Both the position numbers and the translations under genes were made by a program. The notes under the pieces were generated by a model that saw only the letters and a list, made by a program, of their open reading frames with translations, had not been told where the DNA came from and searched no databases. A stretch of DNA of 59,480 nucleotides, the filler included, from Sphacelaria rigidula (Eukaryota): NCBI GenBank assembly GCA_964200075.2. It is 6 parts of 6 records of this genome, joined end to end, with 100 filler letters (N's around TTAATTAATTAA, not from the genome) between each part and the next. Parts side by side here need not be neighbours in the genome. Positions count along the whole stretch, not along the records: positions 1 to 9,832 come from CAXNAA020007667.1; positions 9,933 to 19,764 come from CAXNAA020007668.1; 4 more parts are not named here. The stretch is one strand, 5' to 3'. Every line of letters starts with the position of its first letter. The first letter of the stretch is position 1. This document shows positions 1-11,097 of the stretch, in pieces.

Positions 1-47
1 GTACTCATGATCATGCATGCCATAGTCATAAGACCATTGACCTTGCG
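1..47. mobile_element. Terminal inverted repeat fragment of a TAGGG-type MITE family (inverted partner copy at 893-945)
   Basis: gtactcatgatcatgcatgccatagtcataagaccattgacc is the reverse complement of 898-945. Both arms flank one ~320-bp copy at 47008-47325. Confidence 0.55.
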
Positions 48-205
48 AGGGGGGGGGGGGAGTGGTGACCTGCAGATCACCTCGTGACGGTACCATTCAG
101 TTCAAAACATGTTCTGCACAGCCGATACCATAGATATCTCCCCCGCAACGCACGACATGTCCACTGGAGATAGACGAACTCGTGCTGCTGCGCTTCGATG
201 AGCAG

Positions 206-3200
206 TCTGTGATCGCGTTGCTGGACTCCACTCTCGGCGACGCTGTCATTCACGGCGGAGGAGGCGGGCAAGGACGGGGCGACGACGCTTCACGGGAAGA
301 GGGAGACCTGTCCTCTTTTGGGGGAATCGTGTTCCCGTCTGACGAGTTTCAGTTCTGGGCGAGGTGAGAACCATGTATCGCAACATATCAAGGTGCGCAT
401 TTAAAAGAAGAATTTGGTAACCTTAAGCATGCTCTTCCTGGAAAGGTGTTTGTGATCGCAGTGTGCGTACCTGAATGAGCTCTTTCGACTCCGTAGGCAT
501 ACGAATGACAACCACGGAAGCGAATGATGGGCCGACGACCTCTACATCTAAGTGCCCACATGTGTTGGGAACACTTTCGGTGCAAATTACGTTAGGAACA
601 GGGCGAATCCTGCGGCATGACACTTCAGCTTATTATTTGACGTCTATGGGCTGTCCCCATGAGGGCACGTGGTCAACTGTCTATCGATGGCGACGTGCGC
701 GACTCGGACGCGTCATCGTGGTGGAAATGAACGTTCCCAAAAGCAATATTAAGTCATACGACCGTAAAAAACTCCCGGCAATGGCACCAAGGCATATGAA
801 GCTACCCTAGAAGACGAACTTATCTGAAGATGGGACAGACAAGACATGTATCAGTGACCGTTACCAAATGAGGGATTTCTGTCCCGGCTTCGTAGGGACA
901 CGATGTCAATGATCATATGACCACGGCGAGCAAGATCATGAGTACACGCCCTTCTCCCTTGGATACCCCTGTTCTCTTGACAAATCCTGTTTCAGTTATT
1001 CAGGGCGAGGCGCTGATAGAGATCTAGTAAGCGCCGTCACGAGGGCTTTCGAGCCACTGCGGGAACAGTTTTCAGGATTGAGCAGCCTGCAAATTGCCGA
1101 GGTAGGCGTCATAGCCCTGCGCAAAGTCTGCACACCCTGGGCCATATATTTCACCGTAAAAAAACGTGTACCGCGTACAGTGTGGAATCTGTTGTCTATT
1201 GCAATAGATGCACTAGTCGATACTGTGCACAGCACACGTTTTTACAGTGCAATCTAGAGTCCAGGGTGTGAAATTCTAGCTTTTTGGTAGAGAATAAGGA
1301 TATATCAAGACACCGGCTTCTGAGATTGCTGAGGCAAGCGACGACACTCAGGAACCGAGCAGCAGGGGAGGAGGGTAGCCTGAGAATACATGGAGTACGC
1401 ACTGCGTGCTGACGGAGAATAGATGCCGCGTTGAATGGATAACTGACACCGCATTCGATTAAGTGACCTTATGTCGCCACGTTACCGTCAGAAAATGACG
1501 ATCTTGATTGATTCATTTGATTGATTGTTGTCGTACATTAGCTGATCCCCGAGCAGTCCAGCTGCCGTCACACAAGGTAAACATACGTGAGGTATACATG
1601 ACGGAAACCACTCACTTTTCGTGAGCATGGGAAACATATTTAGAAATGAAGATAGAACACTCAAGATAGTACCTCGGTCATTCATTCGCCTCACGAGAGG
1701 AAGAGTTTCGACCTCTCCGACCAAAATCTCCACTGTATCGGATATCGTGCCTGCTTTGTAGCAACCACCACCCCATGACAGATTGGTGTGATGTACCCAG
1801 GATCGACTATACTTGTAGATGCACAAAAACCGCTAGGGAATCGGGGTTTATAGGACGAAACCCGAGTCCAGCCCTGCGTTTTTACGTGTTCTGATACCAA
1901 ATCACTGTGGAAGGTGGAAGAGTTGATGGAGTTGGCGCATTCAGCCTTAGATGAGGTGTGGAAGGCGGACGGCGGGGGGGGGGCACGGGGTTCCTATCCC
2001 CAGGCAAGAATGGCTCACCTGTTCGATGTCATCGGCGCCGCCATTTGCAGGTGAGGGAGAAAAACATCTCAAATCCGATTGCATTTAGAACAAGGTTCGG
2101 TGAATCTTCATATATGAGGGGAAAATTGGCGAGCCTAAACCTATGGGGGTAAGTCACAGATAATCCACTAGGGAACGGGAGGCCCAAGACGAAGCAGGAA
2201 GCCCATGTGGGGACGGGGGCTGGGCCAAGTGGCATATGCAGTGCCCCGCATGGCGGAGTCAGAAGACGGCAGTGCCTGCCGTGTGTTGAGGCTGAGGAAC
2301 TGCTATTTTTGGTACATTGGCGTGGCCGCTGTTACCGAGAGCTGACGCAATCGTTTGCTGCACAGGAATATGAGGGAGCGGCTTCAAGGCTTGGATATAT
2401 GGGAAGGTCCTCTGTGCGATATCCGCACGAGATTACTGGAGGGCGCACAGGTGGGGGGTACAGCATCATTCTCCAACTCACACCGATAGACCGCGCCTAT
2501 AGAAGGCTCAGACATTTTTGTAGGGGATGGTGGAGATTCAGCGAAGCAATGTACCACAGATATTGAATAGTTCAACCGCCAAAAGCCCGGGGAAAAATTG
2601 GAGCTGGAGGGTGGCAGATGAAACTAAGTGATGATGCGTGGGCATCTGCTCTGTAAGGTTGTTCAACGTCCGTCGCGTTGTTTGTTTTTACGGCATGATC
2701 GAAAGGCGTTCGTCTGAACTCCTCGCGAGGCATTACGTTGCCCGACCTACCCTCATATGTCAGTTTACACTTCGTTGCCCTCATACTTGAGCGTGGGTTA
2801 CTCTGTGACGAAGCCTTCGAGTGACGGCATCGCACTTCATCTCAGAGAAGCATCATACGTCATCGCGTAACACACACGCTTGCGTGCGCGTGTATGCGTT
2901 TTGCTCTACTAGTGAGTGCAGCGACGTTTTCAAACTATTGTACAACCAGCAGGCCCGAATGATAGAAACGTGGAGCCGGGTGTTCCATCAACGTTTGTAC
3001 CAAAAGACTCGAGATCTCCAGAGTCCCAGGTCGTATGACAGCGACTGTTGAGTGAAGTATCTTGAGTTGAACACGGAGGACTGAATTGCTTTTGTCGTGT
3101 CAGGTAGACCATAGGCCACAGGAGATCTTGCAGCGAATTTTGGTTTCAACAATGAGTGGCATATGGAGAAAAAACTATGACGCACCCAAATCTTTTGTAT

Positions 3201-6200
3201 AAGCACAATGTTTTCGGGAGGGGGGAGGGAGTACTCTAAATCCTAGCAAAGAAGTGGTCGGACGTAGCCAGCCAGTCCTTGGAGACTGAAGTTGGTTCAC
3301 GCATTGAGACTATGTTCATGGTATGACGCACCCAAATCTTTTGTACAAGCACAATGTTTTCGGGAGGGGGGAGGGGGTACTCTAAATCCTAGCAAAGAAG
3401 TGGTCGGACGTAGCCAGCCAGTCCTTGGAGACTGAAGTTGGTTCACGCATTGAGACTATGTTCATGGCATTGGTTCCGGAGCAAGAGTGCACATTGCTTT
3501 GAAGAGTTTGATGCGCGTTGACCTCGAGTAAGAGAGATCGGGCTGATGCGTCGACATAGTGAAGAAAAAAGTTAGGCAGCTGACGACGCCACCGCTGTAT
3601 TAGAGAGGGGGTGTAGGAGAATATCTCCTCAACCAACCACTTTTGTCTATGTACGTCGGGTCGCCGCCCCTTGGTTTTAACGCAGCTTTTTAAAGCCTGC
3701 GATGGTGGAGTTTTATTATTTTTATTTTTCTGAATGCCCTCGGTATCGTTTGACGTGCCATAGCCAGCAGCACCAAACAGAACACTTCCTGCCGGGTGCC
3801 TTAAGCGAATTTTGGCTGGTGCAACTCGAATTGACTCTAGGCACCTTGCGCAGCAAATTGGGCATCTCTACTCCCATATGCGCCGGACAGATCTTGACCA
3901 CGTATCAGACAGCGTCTCCCTTCTCCCGCCGACACTCCAAGGTGTGTGCCAAGTGGTGCCGAATCACGGAAGAGCTGTCGTCATCCTACTGGCCCGGCTT
4001 TATCCAGCACCCTTGGAAGGGTAACCCCCACGCGGATCACCTCACGGCCGGCACAGCGGCGAGACTAGAGGTGCATGAAGCTTTTATAAAGGCTCCGTTT
4101 TGTTTCTCCCGGCGTCCGGCAAAGAATCAAGAACACACCGTCGCTCGGTGGACGTTTGGACCCAATGTCAGCGTCGCAATTTATCCTGCAACTACCGTGT
4201 AACTGACCGTGCGGGGTGTTTCGTTCTGCTCTAGTTGTGTAAGCGCTGATGTCCCGCTCATGGATCTGATGTACCGTTTTTTGTCGAGGCCGGCTTTCAG
4301 TCACCGTGGGGCCCATGAGAGAGCTAAGATCGGGTCAGCTCATGCTCGCCCCCACTATTGACATTCAATTTCAACCAAGAACGATTACATGTAGTTTACC
4401 GACACAAGCAGTGAGCGGACCCATATACGATGTGCCTCTACAGCATGGCACGTACGTAAAGTATGACGTCGTACGTTTCTCGCGGTGCACCGGCGTTGTA
4501 GTCATTAGGTAAGAGGTGGTCTCTGAAAAAGGAAATATATGGTGAACTATATACGGTATGCTTCGAGGCGGGTTACCACCGTACGGCACTTTAACGTGTC
4601 TATCTACTGCGTACGGGACGGGCCCTCCGATCGACAGCTCTCAACAAACCTCCCACGCAAACTAGGCGTTGAGAATAACCAATGCTGAGGGTGAGGCGTT
4701 CTGACAGACTTTATTGTGTGAACTGTTTCGTGCAGGAAATTCTCCGACTGAGGACAACGCGGGAAGAGCTCGGTCGTTTACTCGGAACATCCACTAGCGG
4801 AAGGAACAATGGCGAGGGCGGCGCCACTGAACCCAATGGACACGATGCGTTCAAGCCCGTCAGAAGCATGGCTGCGCTCAGGTATAGCATATTGCGGCGC
4901 GGAAGGCTGAAGTCAACAACATGTTCACACTGCCTGCACAACAACTATCTTCGGAGCCGCGGTGACAACCCTGTAGTTGCAGCTCGTCTTCATCCTCCGT
5001 GCGCCGATATCCCCTTGTTTTGAAGGCCAACTTGCAAATGTACAACCTGGACGCGCCCAAAACCACCCCCGGCTGGGGGTTGTGCCCAAGCGGCTGCCAA
5101 GAGCCTGAGTCGTGGCATACGTTTACGAAATCCTGCGTCGCCGTTAGTCCTCACTCACTTGTTTATTTTCCCTGATTTTCACCTGTTTTGGAACGCACCC
5201 GGAAAATATGTTTTCTCCGCACTTTTCAAACTACACCCGTGGCACACTTTACGGTGTTCCTACCCTACCTATACTGAATCGCCGTTCTCCCTCGGAGCAT
5301 GTACCCATTGGTGTCCCTCGCTCCCGATCTGAAAATAACAACATTTTCGTGAGATTGAGAGTAGAGCGCTGATTGAGAGTGGCTTTGATCATTCGCTTCA
5401 ACTTAGCAAATTGTTCATTCTGTGTGCGCTTTTTTTACCCTCCATCACTGGCGTGCGTGTGCTTACAGCTACACGTCGAAATCCTACTCCAGGATATCAA
5501 GGGCCTCAGTGGCAAGCTACTACAGAAATAATGTCGGGCCATGTGGGGGGGTATTTCTGTGAACTGAAACAGGTCATTCACTAAGTGGCCGCTTTTCACT
5601 CTTAATCGTATCCTCTACTCTCAATCTCACGAAAACCTTGTTATACTTACTCTACACAGTCGTGATCCACGAAGCGTGAGCGATGATCCGGTATCCCTCG
5701 CCTTTCGGATGAAGTGCTTGACGGTGATGTAAATTTCCCATGGAAACCCTGCTGGCAAATATCACCTAACCGTGTTCGTACACGAGTGGATTGTGTTTGT
5801 GCGTTAATTGTGCTACTCGTCCTGCGACGTTGCCGTCAGCCTCCACATGAATGCCCCGTTGCTGTCTGCGCTCCGGTTCCTGAACTGTGTCGCACGAAAA
5901 CCAGCTATAATCCGTACACTCAGCACGAGTGGGAATCACGGGTGAAGGAGTTCGAGCAGTCCCTGCAGCCATTAGAGACGGCCGCTGCCAACAGCTTCCG
6001 CAGGCAAGGACGAACTATCAAACGCGTGGACCGCCCTGGATGATGACTCTGTTTTTGTCACACGTTTCCCGTTTTTTTTTTTTCTCGCCGTATATTCTGG
6101 TTCTGCCCCCGTTTCCCCCTACATTTTTTTTCCTTCCGTGCCCTCGGTGACGTGATTTTGTGACAAAGTGTCTGATGATGTTCGACGTAAAAAAACATGA

Positions 6201-8239
6201 CGATGTGAATAGCAAAAAAAGGGTACTCATGACGAGTGACGATGCGGGGCGGGAGTGTTTGGTCATGATCCAATCCGCGATTTTAGAACATAAGGCGTGA
6301 ACCGGGGGAGGGATCAGTTGATCTCTTGAGGTCGCGGACTCATCCCGGGCAAGGCGGGGGGTGAACAGGGTAAGGTCAAAACGAACGAAATGTCGACGAA
6401 CGGAAAATGGTCTGATATATCTTCGCCACACGTATTTACTCCTAAAGGCACGGTAGAGGTGAGCATTAATTGCATTTACCCCTTCGCGAAACCCAGCAGC
6501 CGTGAGCTCATGGCAGGTTTTCGACCATAGCATCTGTTGTTTCAAGGGGGGGGGTAGACATAGAGGCCAACCGTTGCCTCGAACGTGGTCAATACCGACC
6601 CTTGATACGTCCGTCCGAGAATCTCACTATGCCGGTCAGGACTAGTGTGTAGGGGTGGGCTCGCATCGGAAACGTTCACGGGTTCACCGAGGCAACCGGG
6701 AGGAGCTACAGTAGGTGAACCTATGCAAACCATCTCTATAGTTAATTATGATACCTATTATGGAGTATGGCACATTTCTTGCGAAAACACGGCAGTAGTA
6801 AGCACCTCTGAAGTAAGCATTAGACGGCAGTGTAGCTCCTGAATGGAGTATGGTGATCTACATTGAGCATACTTTTTTTCTGGACCTACTGTATGTATCT
6901 GGTCCACTGGAGTGGGGTGGATGAATCTCCCATGATGGTCTGCATCAGTGTTTCGAGTTGAGTTTCCTGAGCTGCTATCCACGCCGGAACAATTCTAACG
7001 TGACCGTGCCTACAATACACGACTGCAGTCGTGTCCTGCCGCCGCTCTGTGCCCCCTAACCGACATAATGGGACTTTCCTCACTAGACACCTGGAAAACT
7101 TTCCGCGCTCGGGAAAACGTATTGGTTGCTTTTGGTCGTTACAACCCAACACTTCTTCTGAACGCTTTATTCTCTTTACAACGTAACCATTTGACCGCCA
7201 GGGTGGGCGGTCTGGGCTTGCACACATTTTTCAAGTGACGATGATGCACCGCCGCGCCCCGGTGATGTAAATTAGAATGGTTCGACCGTCACCATCAGGG
7301 TGGAGAGAACGTGGGTTCGGTTCCCGATGCGTTGGGTTCTTTCTTCGAAGTATTTGATATCCACCGCCGAAAGCGGGAGTGCACAAGTAAACTAAATGTA
7401 GATGACAGAGTTTATTTGACACGCGGTGCGGGAGTGCTGGTGGTCATGATCCAATCCGCGAGACCGAAATGCAAGGCGTGTACCGGGGAGAGATGGCTTG
7501 ATCCCTTGAGATCACAGACTCATCCCGAGGAAGGGGAGGAGTTCAATGTGCGGCAAAAGCAAAAATGATGCGGGTTCGGCAGGTGACTCACCTTGGAGGT
7601 GAAACGGTCAACATGGTACGAAACATCACGCACTTGTTATGACTACCGGTATATGCCTCGGGGGTCAGTGAATGTGCGACAACCAATTGATTGATTGATT
7701 GATTGATCGATTGCCGCACTTCAAGTGACCCCCCAGGGGTCTAGCCGTGGTCTCATGGTGGACATATCCAAGAAAACCGAAAGTGAAACACGCTCTGAAG
7801 AAAAGAAGGAAAAGAAAAAAAAAAAGTCGAACAAAACGACATAGCAGACTAAGTCGTAACAGCAAAAAAAAAAAAGTCAACTGCGGTATACTCCGACATC
7901 CGATAGGTTCCGACATTTTTAGTCACCGTCATCACCCACAAAAAATGTTTCGTTCGTTTTTTTGTGTACGCGCTGTAATTTTTTTTTTTTATAGTCTCTG
8001 TAAGATCCGCTGAACTATGCGAACACGGAAAAAAGCAAATGTATCTCCCTCTTTTTGGGCTGTCTTTGCGACCTGTGTGCGTGCCTTTTTTTGTTGCCTA
8101 GTCAGTGTAGCTGCTGACACTGTCTGTATTTGAACTTGTCGATCTTCCGATTATCTTGTCGCACTTGCTCTCCGTAACCGCATAGGCGAATATCTGGAAT
8201 GGAAGCGAGGCCGCAGTTGCTCCTCAAGGAGTTTCACAG
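206..8239 (+). CDS. DYNC2H1: Cytoplasmic dynein-2 (IFT dynein, DHC1b) heavy chain, N-terminal tail region, partial gene (8 internal exons)
   Basis: Exons ~206-363, 996-1101, 1914-2050, 2366-2450, 3942-4070, 4736-4881, 5905-6003 and 8186-8239 splice in phase. They give SVIALLDSTLG...GIVFPSDEFQFWAS...FEPLREQFSGLSSLQIAEVEELMELAHSALDEVWK...YPQARMAHLFDVIG...LDIWEG...VCAKWCRITEELSSSYWPGFIQHPWKG...RLEEILRLRTTREEL...YNPYTQHEW...PQLLLKEFH. This is colinear with the recalled DYNC2H1 motifs GILTPSDEFQFW, YPESRMLHLLDIIG, HPWK, YNPYT and PQQLL. The first acceptor is approximate, and the gene runs off both ends of the scaffold. Confidence 0.9.
1152..1249. mobile_element. ~100-bp palindromic MITE (CACYGTAAAAA...TTTTTACAGTG)
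   Basis: Self-complementary ends; homologous copies at 27741-27858 and ~57507-57617 on other scaffolds. Confidence 0.7.
3176..3467 (+). repeat. 146-bp direct tandem duplication in a dynein intron
   Basis: 3176-3321 and 3322-3467 (tatgacgcacccaaatcttttg...gactatgttcatgg) differ at only about 2 positions. Confidence 0.9.
5339..5642. mobile_element. MITE with GTTTTCGTGAGATTGAGAGTAGAG TIRs
   Basis: ~24-bp TIRs at both ends; second full copy at 40357-40644 and a partial copy at ~39150-39350. Confidence 0.8.
7250..7690 (+). mobile_element. tRNA-derived SINE (A/B-box head, conserved body, CAAT/ATTG tail)
   Basis: Head cgccgcgccccggtgatgtaaattagaat...gggttcggttccc is shared with 59124-59217. Body ggtcatgatccaatccgcga...actcatccc is shared with 6240-6360 and 29795-29840. 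The 3' end cctcgggggtcagtgaatgtgcgacaaccaat is shared with ~1500-1560 (minus) and 59064-59115. Confidence 0.55.
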
Positions 8240-8398
8240 GTGGGAGTCTTAGGAAGATTGTTAGTTGTAGCTGGTGGCGGGAGAACATCTGCTGCCTCAA
8301 CCTGTCGATGGTGAAAAATCATGAACCATCTCAAATATTTTGTTCCTTTTGGTGCGTGGCTGATGTCGACTCGCGAAAAATAGAGGGCCGCGGTTGCC

Positions 8399-8400
<2 letters not shown>

Positions 8401-8473
<73 letters not shown>
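8401..8473. repeat. (GT)n microsatellite
   Basis: Directly visible; a (TCTA)n run follows at ~8600-8631. Confidence 0.95.
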
Positions 8474-8474
<1 letters not shown>

Positions 8475-8598
8475 CTAACCGTGCGCCCGGTGTTGCGTGA
8501 GATTGATGCCTTTCGAACCCCAATGATCGATGAGGTTGATGGCTCGGTTGTTCGACTCGCAATGTTCCTCTTCAAATGTTGAATATAGACATACAGTA

Positions 8599-8632
<34 letters not shown>

Positions 8633-9243
8633 ATTTTTATACGAAAGTATACTGCAAGGTCTCAACACCTCACGCGTGAAGTATTGCAGGTTAATTCCCG
8701 GGTGTCGTCACCGTCCTATCAGCCGCGTGTTCACCTCTCGAATCGTCTTCTGTGTAGTCTGTTCTACTGTACCGGCAGCTCATGGTGGCCATATCGTGTA
8801 CAGTAGTATTCACACACACAGATGTACATATATATATTTACATATGGCCGCTCGCCCGATGTTTTATGAGATGCCTTCAAGTCCCGTTGATCGGTGAGGT
8901 TGATGGTTCGATTCTTCGATTTGCACACATTCTCCCTCAAATTTAGGAAATATTGAAAAAAGTCTGCAGACCTGCGTCACGGATCGTGAAGAATCCTCCA
9001 AAGACTAGAATACCGCCGATTTTGACCAAAGTTGACGATCGAATGAAGAGAACTGCACCCACCGGCGTGGCAGCTCATGACAGGCGCCGAGGCATCACAC
9101 TTCCAGCCTTGGACGCCCCACGTCTTCGCTTGAGACTAACGGGATGAATTAAATATCAACGCGGTCGAAATGGGATACCGACTCTATCCAGCGCAAGCGT
9201 CGAACGATTAATGGTTTGTCTGTAAACTAATTGTTTTTCGTGT

Positions 9244-9445
9244 ATTTGATTCGTATCGTGCGAATCAATCCTTGAGCTTTGCTTTCAGCGTTGCCCCCAA
9301 ATCACGTGCCAGCCAGGCGCGTGGAACAGCGTGATATTTGCGCGGAGAAGTGTGATCCGTGGTCGACTTTTTTCTTTTTCTTTTGCGAGCCATCAGGTCT
9401 CAGAAATGGTAGATTTGGTGATTCGAACCAGCGATGCTTCATTCC
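9244..9445 (-). mobile_element. ~210-bp interspersed element ending in a TTGATTCGNNCNNTNCGAATCAA palindrome (Helentron/HINE-like)
   Basis: Homologous copies at 28505-28720 and 57164-57380 (+). The 5' GTTCGAATCA motif is inverted relative to the 3' palindrome. Confidence 0.6.
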
Positions 9446-9832
9446 ACGCTTGAAACAATGCCTCCCGCGAGGACTCAAGCAGTCAAGGACTTCCACTGGT
9501 GAAAATCGAAACGGTTGTTTCTTGGGCGGGCAGGGGGCAGAGGCTCATCAAGGAGCATCACAGACGTAAAGGGAACACGTGTCACCGTATACAGGTAGCG
9601 AGCACCGTGCCACCGCTCAAAGGACTTGGGGTCATGCTACGATAGGGGGGGAGGAGGGATGTTTGATTTCACGAAAAAACGAGCTCATAGGTGCGTCAAA
9701 CGACCTAAAACGCTTGTGGTGCCCTTGTATTTGGGTAAAAGCGGTGTCAAGCGGGATGAATGATCGCTCTGTATCGAGAGCAAGCGCGTTCGAACAACCG
9801 TTGGCTGCTTTCAACGACGAATGAATTGAACT

Positions 9833-9932
9833 NNNNNNNNNNNNNNNNNNNNNNNNNNNNNNNNNNNNNNNNNNNNTTAATTAATTAANNNNNNNNNNNN
9901 NNNNNNNNNNNNNNNNNNNNNNNNNNNNNNNN
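9833..9932. other. Artificial scaffold linker (N44 + TTAATTAATTAA + N44)
   Basis: Identical linkers at 19765-19864, 29695-29794, 39624-39723 and 49553-49652; the joined pieces fall in descending length order. Confidence 0.98.
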
Positions 9933-11097
9933 CGAATCAGAAACGAGCGAATTCGATTCGACCGCACGTTTTCGACACCAAAACAATTTGATAAGACACG
10001 GCCTCAGATTCCGTGTAATGGGTCGACCCACAGGATGGCGAGAATAGGTCATCCGTTGAATCGGTATCAATTTTACTGGGGAAAAGTATGCATGATCCAG
10101 CTGGACTACCCTCGCAATCCAAGTTATCCGTTGGACAGCGAGAGCAGGCCACCTGTTGAATCGGCATCAATTTGTCTTGAAAAAAGTATGGATGATCCGG
10201 AAAGACTAACCTCGGGGTCTAAGGGAGAACATGGTTCATGGTTATTTTGGTCGCTACAAAAAGAGGAAAGCTGCCCTGACGATTGAAATGCCCCGTAGTT
10301 GCAGTCCAGTCAGTATCGTTCAGTGACGATCTCAGCCAAGCAACACAAGCAGCGTCTTTTTTCCCCCTTCCACCCATCCAGCGGGGGGCAACATTATTCA
10401 TTGTCCTGGGTTGGGGATAAATTTGTGTTGTCGAAAGTGAGGGTGGATTGTGTTTCCGTTCCATTTGCTTGCGGTGTTCCTCTGGCACCAGGGTGGCGGA
10501 ACCTCACGTGAAAAGATTCGGACTTTCTTCATATAGTGCATCTTCGTTCGCATCTAACTACACTTTGCTTTTGCTTTGATGTCTGCCCGCTGAGGATATC
10601 AAATATATGGATGTTGCAGATTCACGGGAGAAGCAAAAAAACGCATACGAGTACATACAGTAGTAGCCCCGAGCTTTTCAACATCATGAACGTCAGAGGT
10701 ATCTCAAGTGCGAGGTTCCCGGTATACTTGAGTGCTGAATATACCGGGAACCTGAGGTTTGAGATACAGTATGACCATCTAGTGTGTCAACCATATTCAG
10801 AAGCCTTCATCGAAATTTCACCTTCGCAGCGCGAACCATTTCTGAATTCTCGAACAAGCATAATCATCGCGCTATCATATAAAACGGAAGAACTTTCTCA
10901 CCCAAGATAACAAGGCGGGAAAAGTATATCCGTTTTCTATTCTTATCATCAGACATCATGATATCTCACCGCCCAACAAGGGTGCACCCCCCGCCCTACC
11001 GTCCCCCCGCCCCCTACCCCCTCACTAATCACACACAACGCCCTTCTCATTCACACATCATCGACCGATAGCACCACCAATATCTCCTCTATCCGAG

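Noticed and set aside
9877-9888. Regularly spaced TTAATTAATTAA motif every ~9.93 kb
   Set aside because: Artificial stop-codon linker within N runs.
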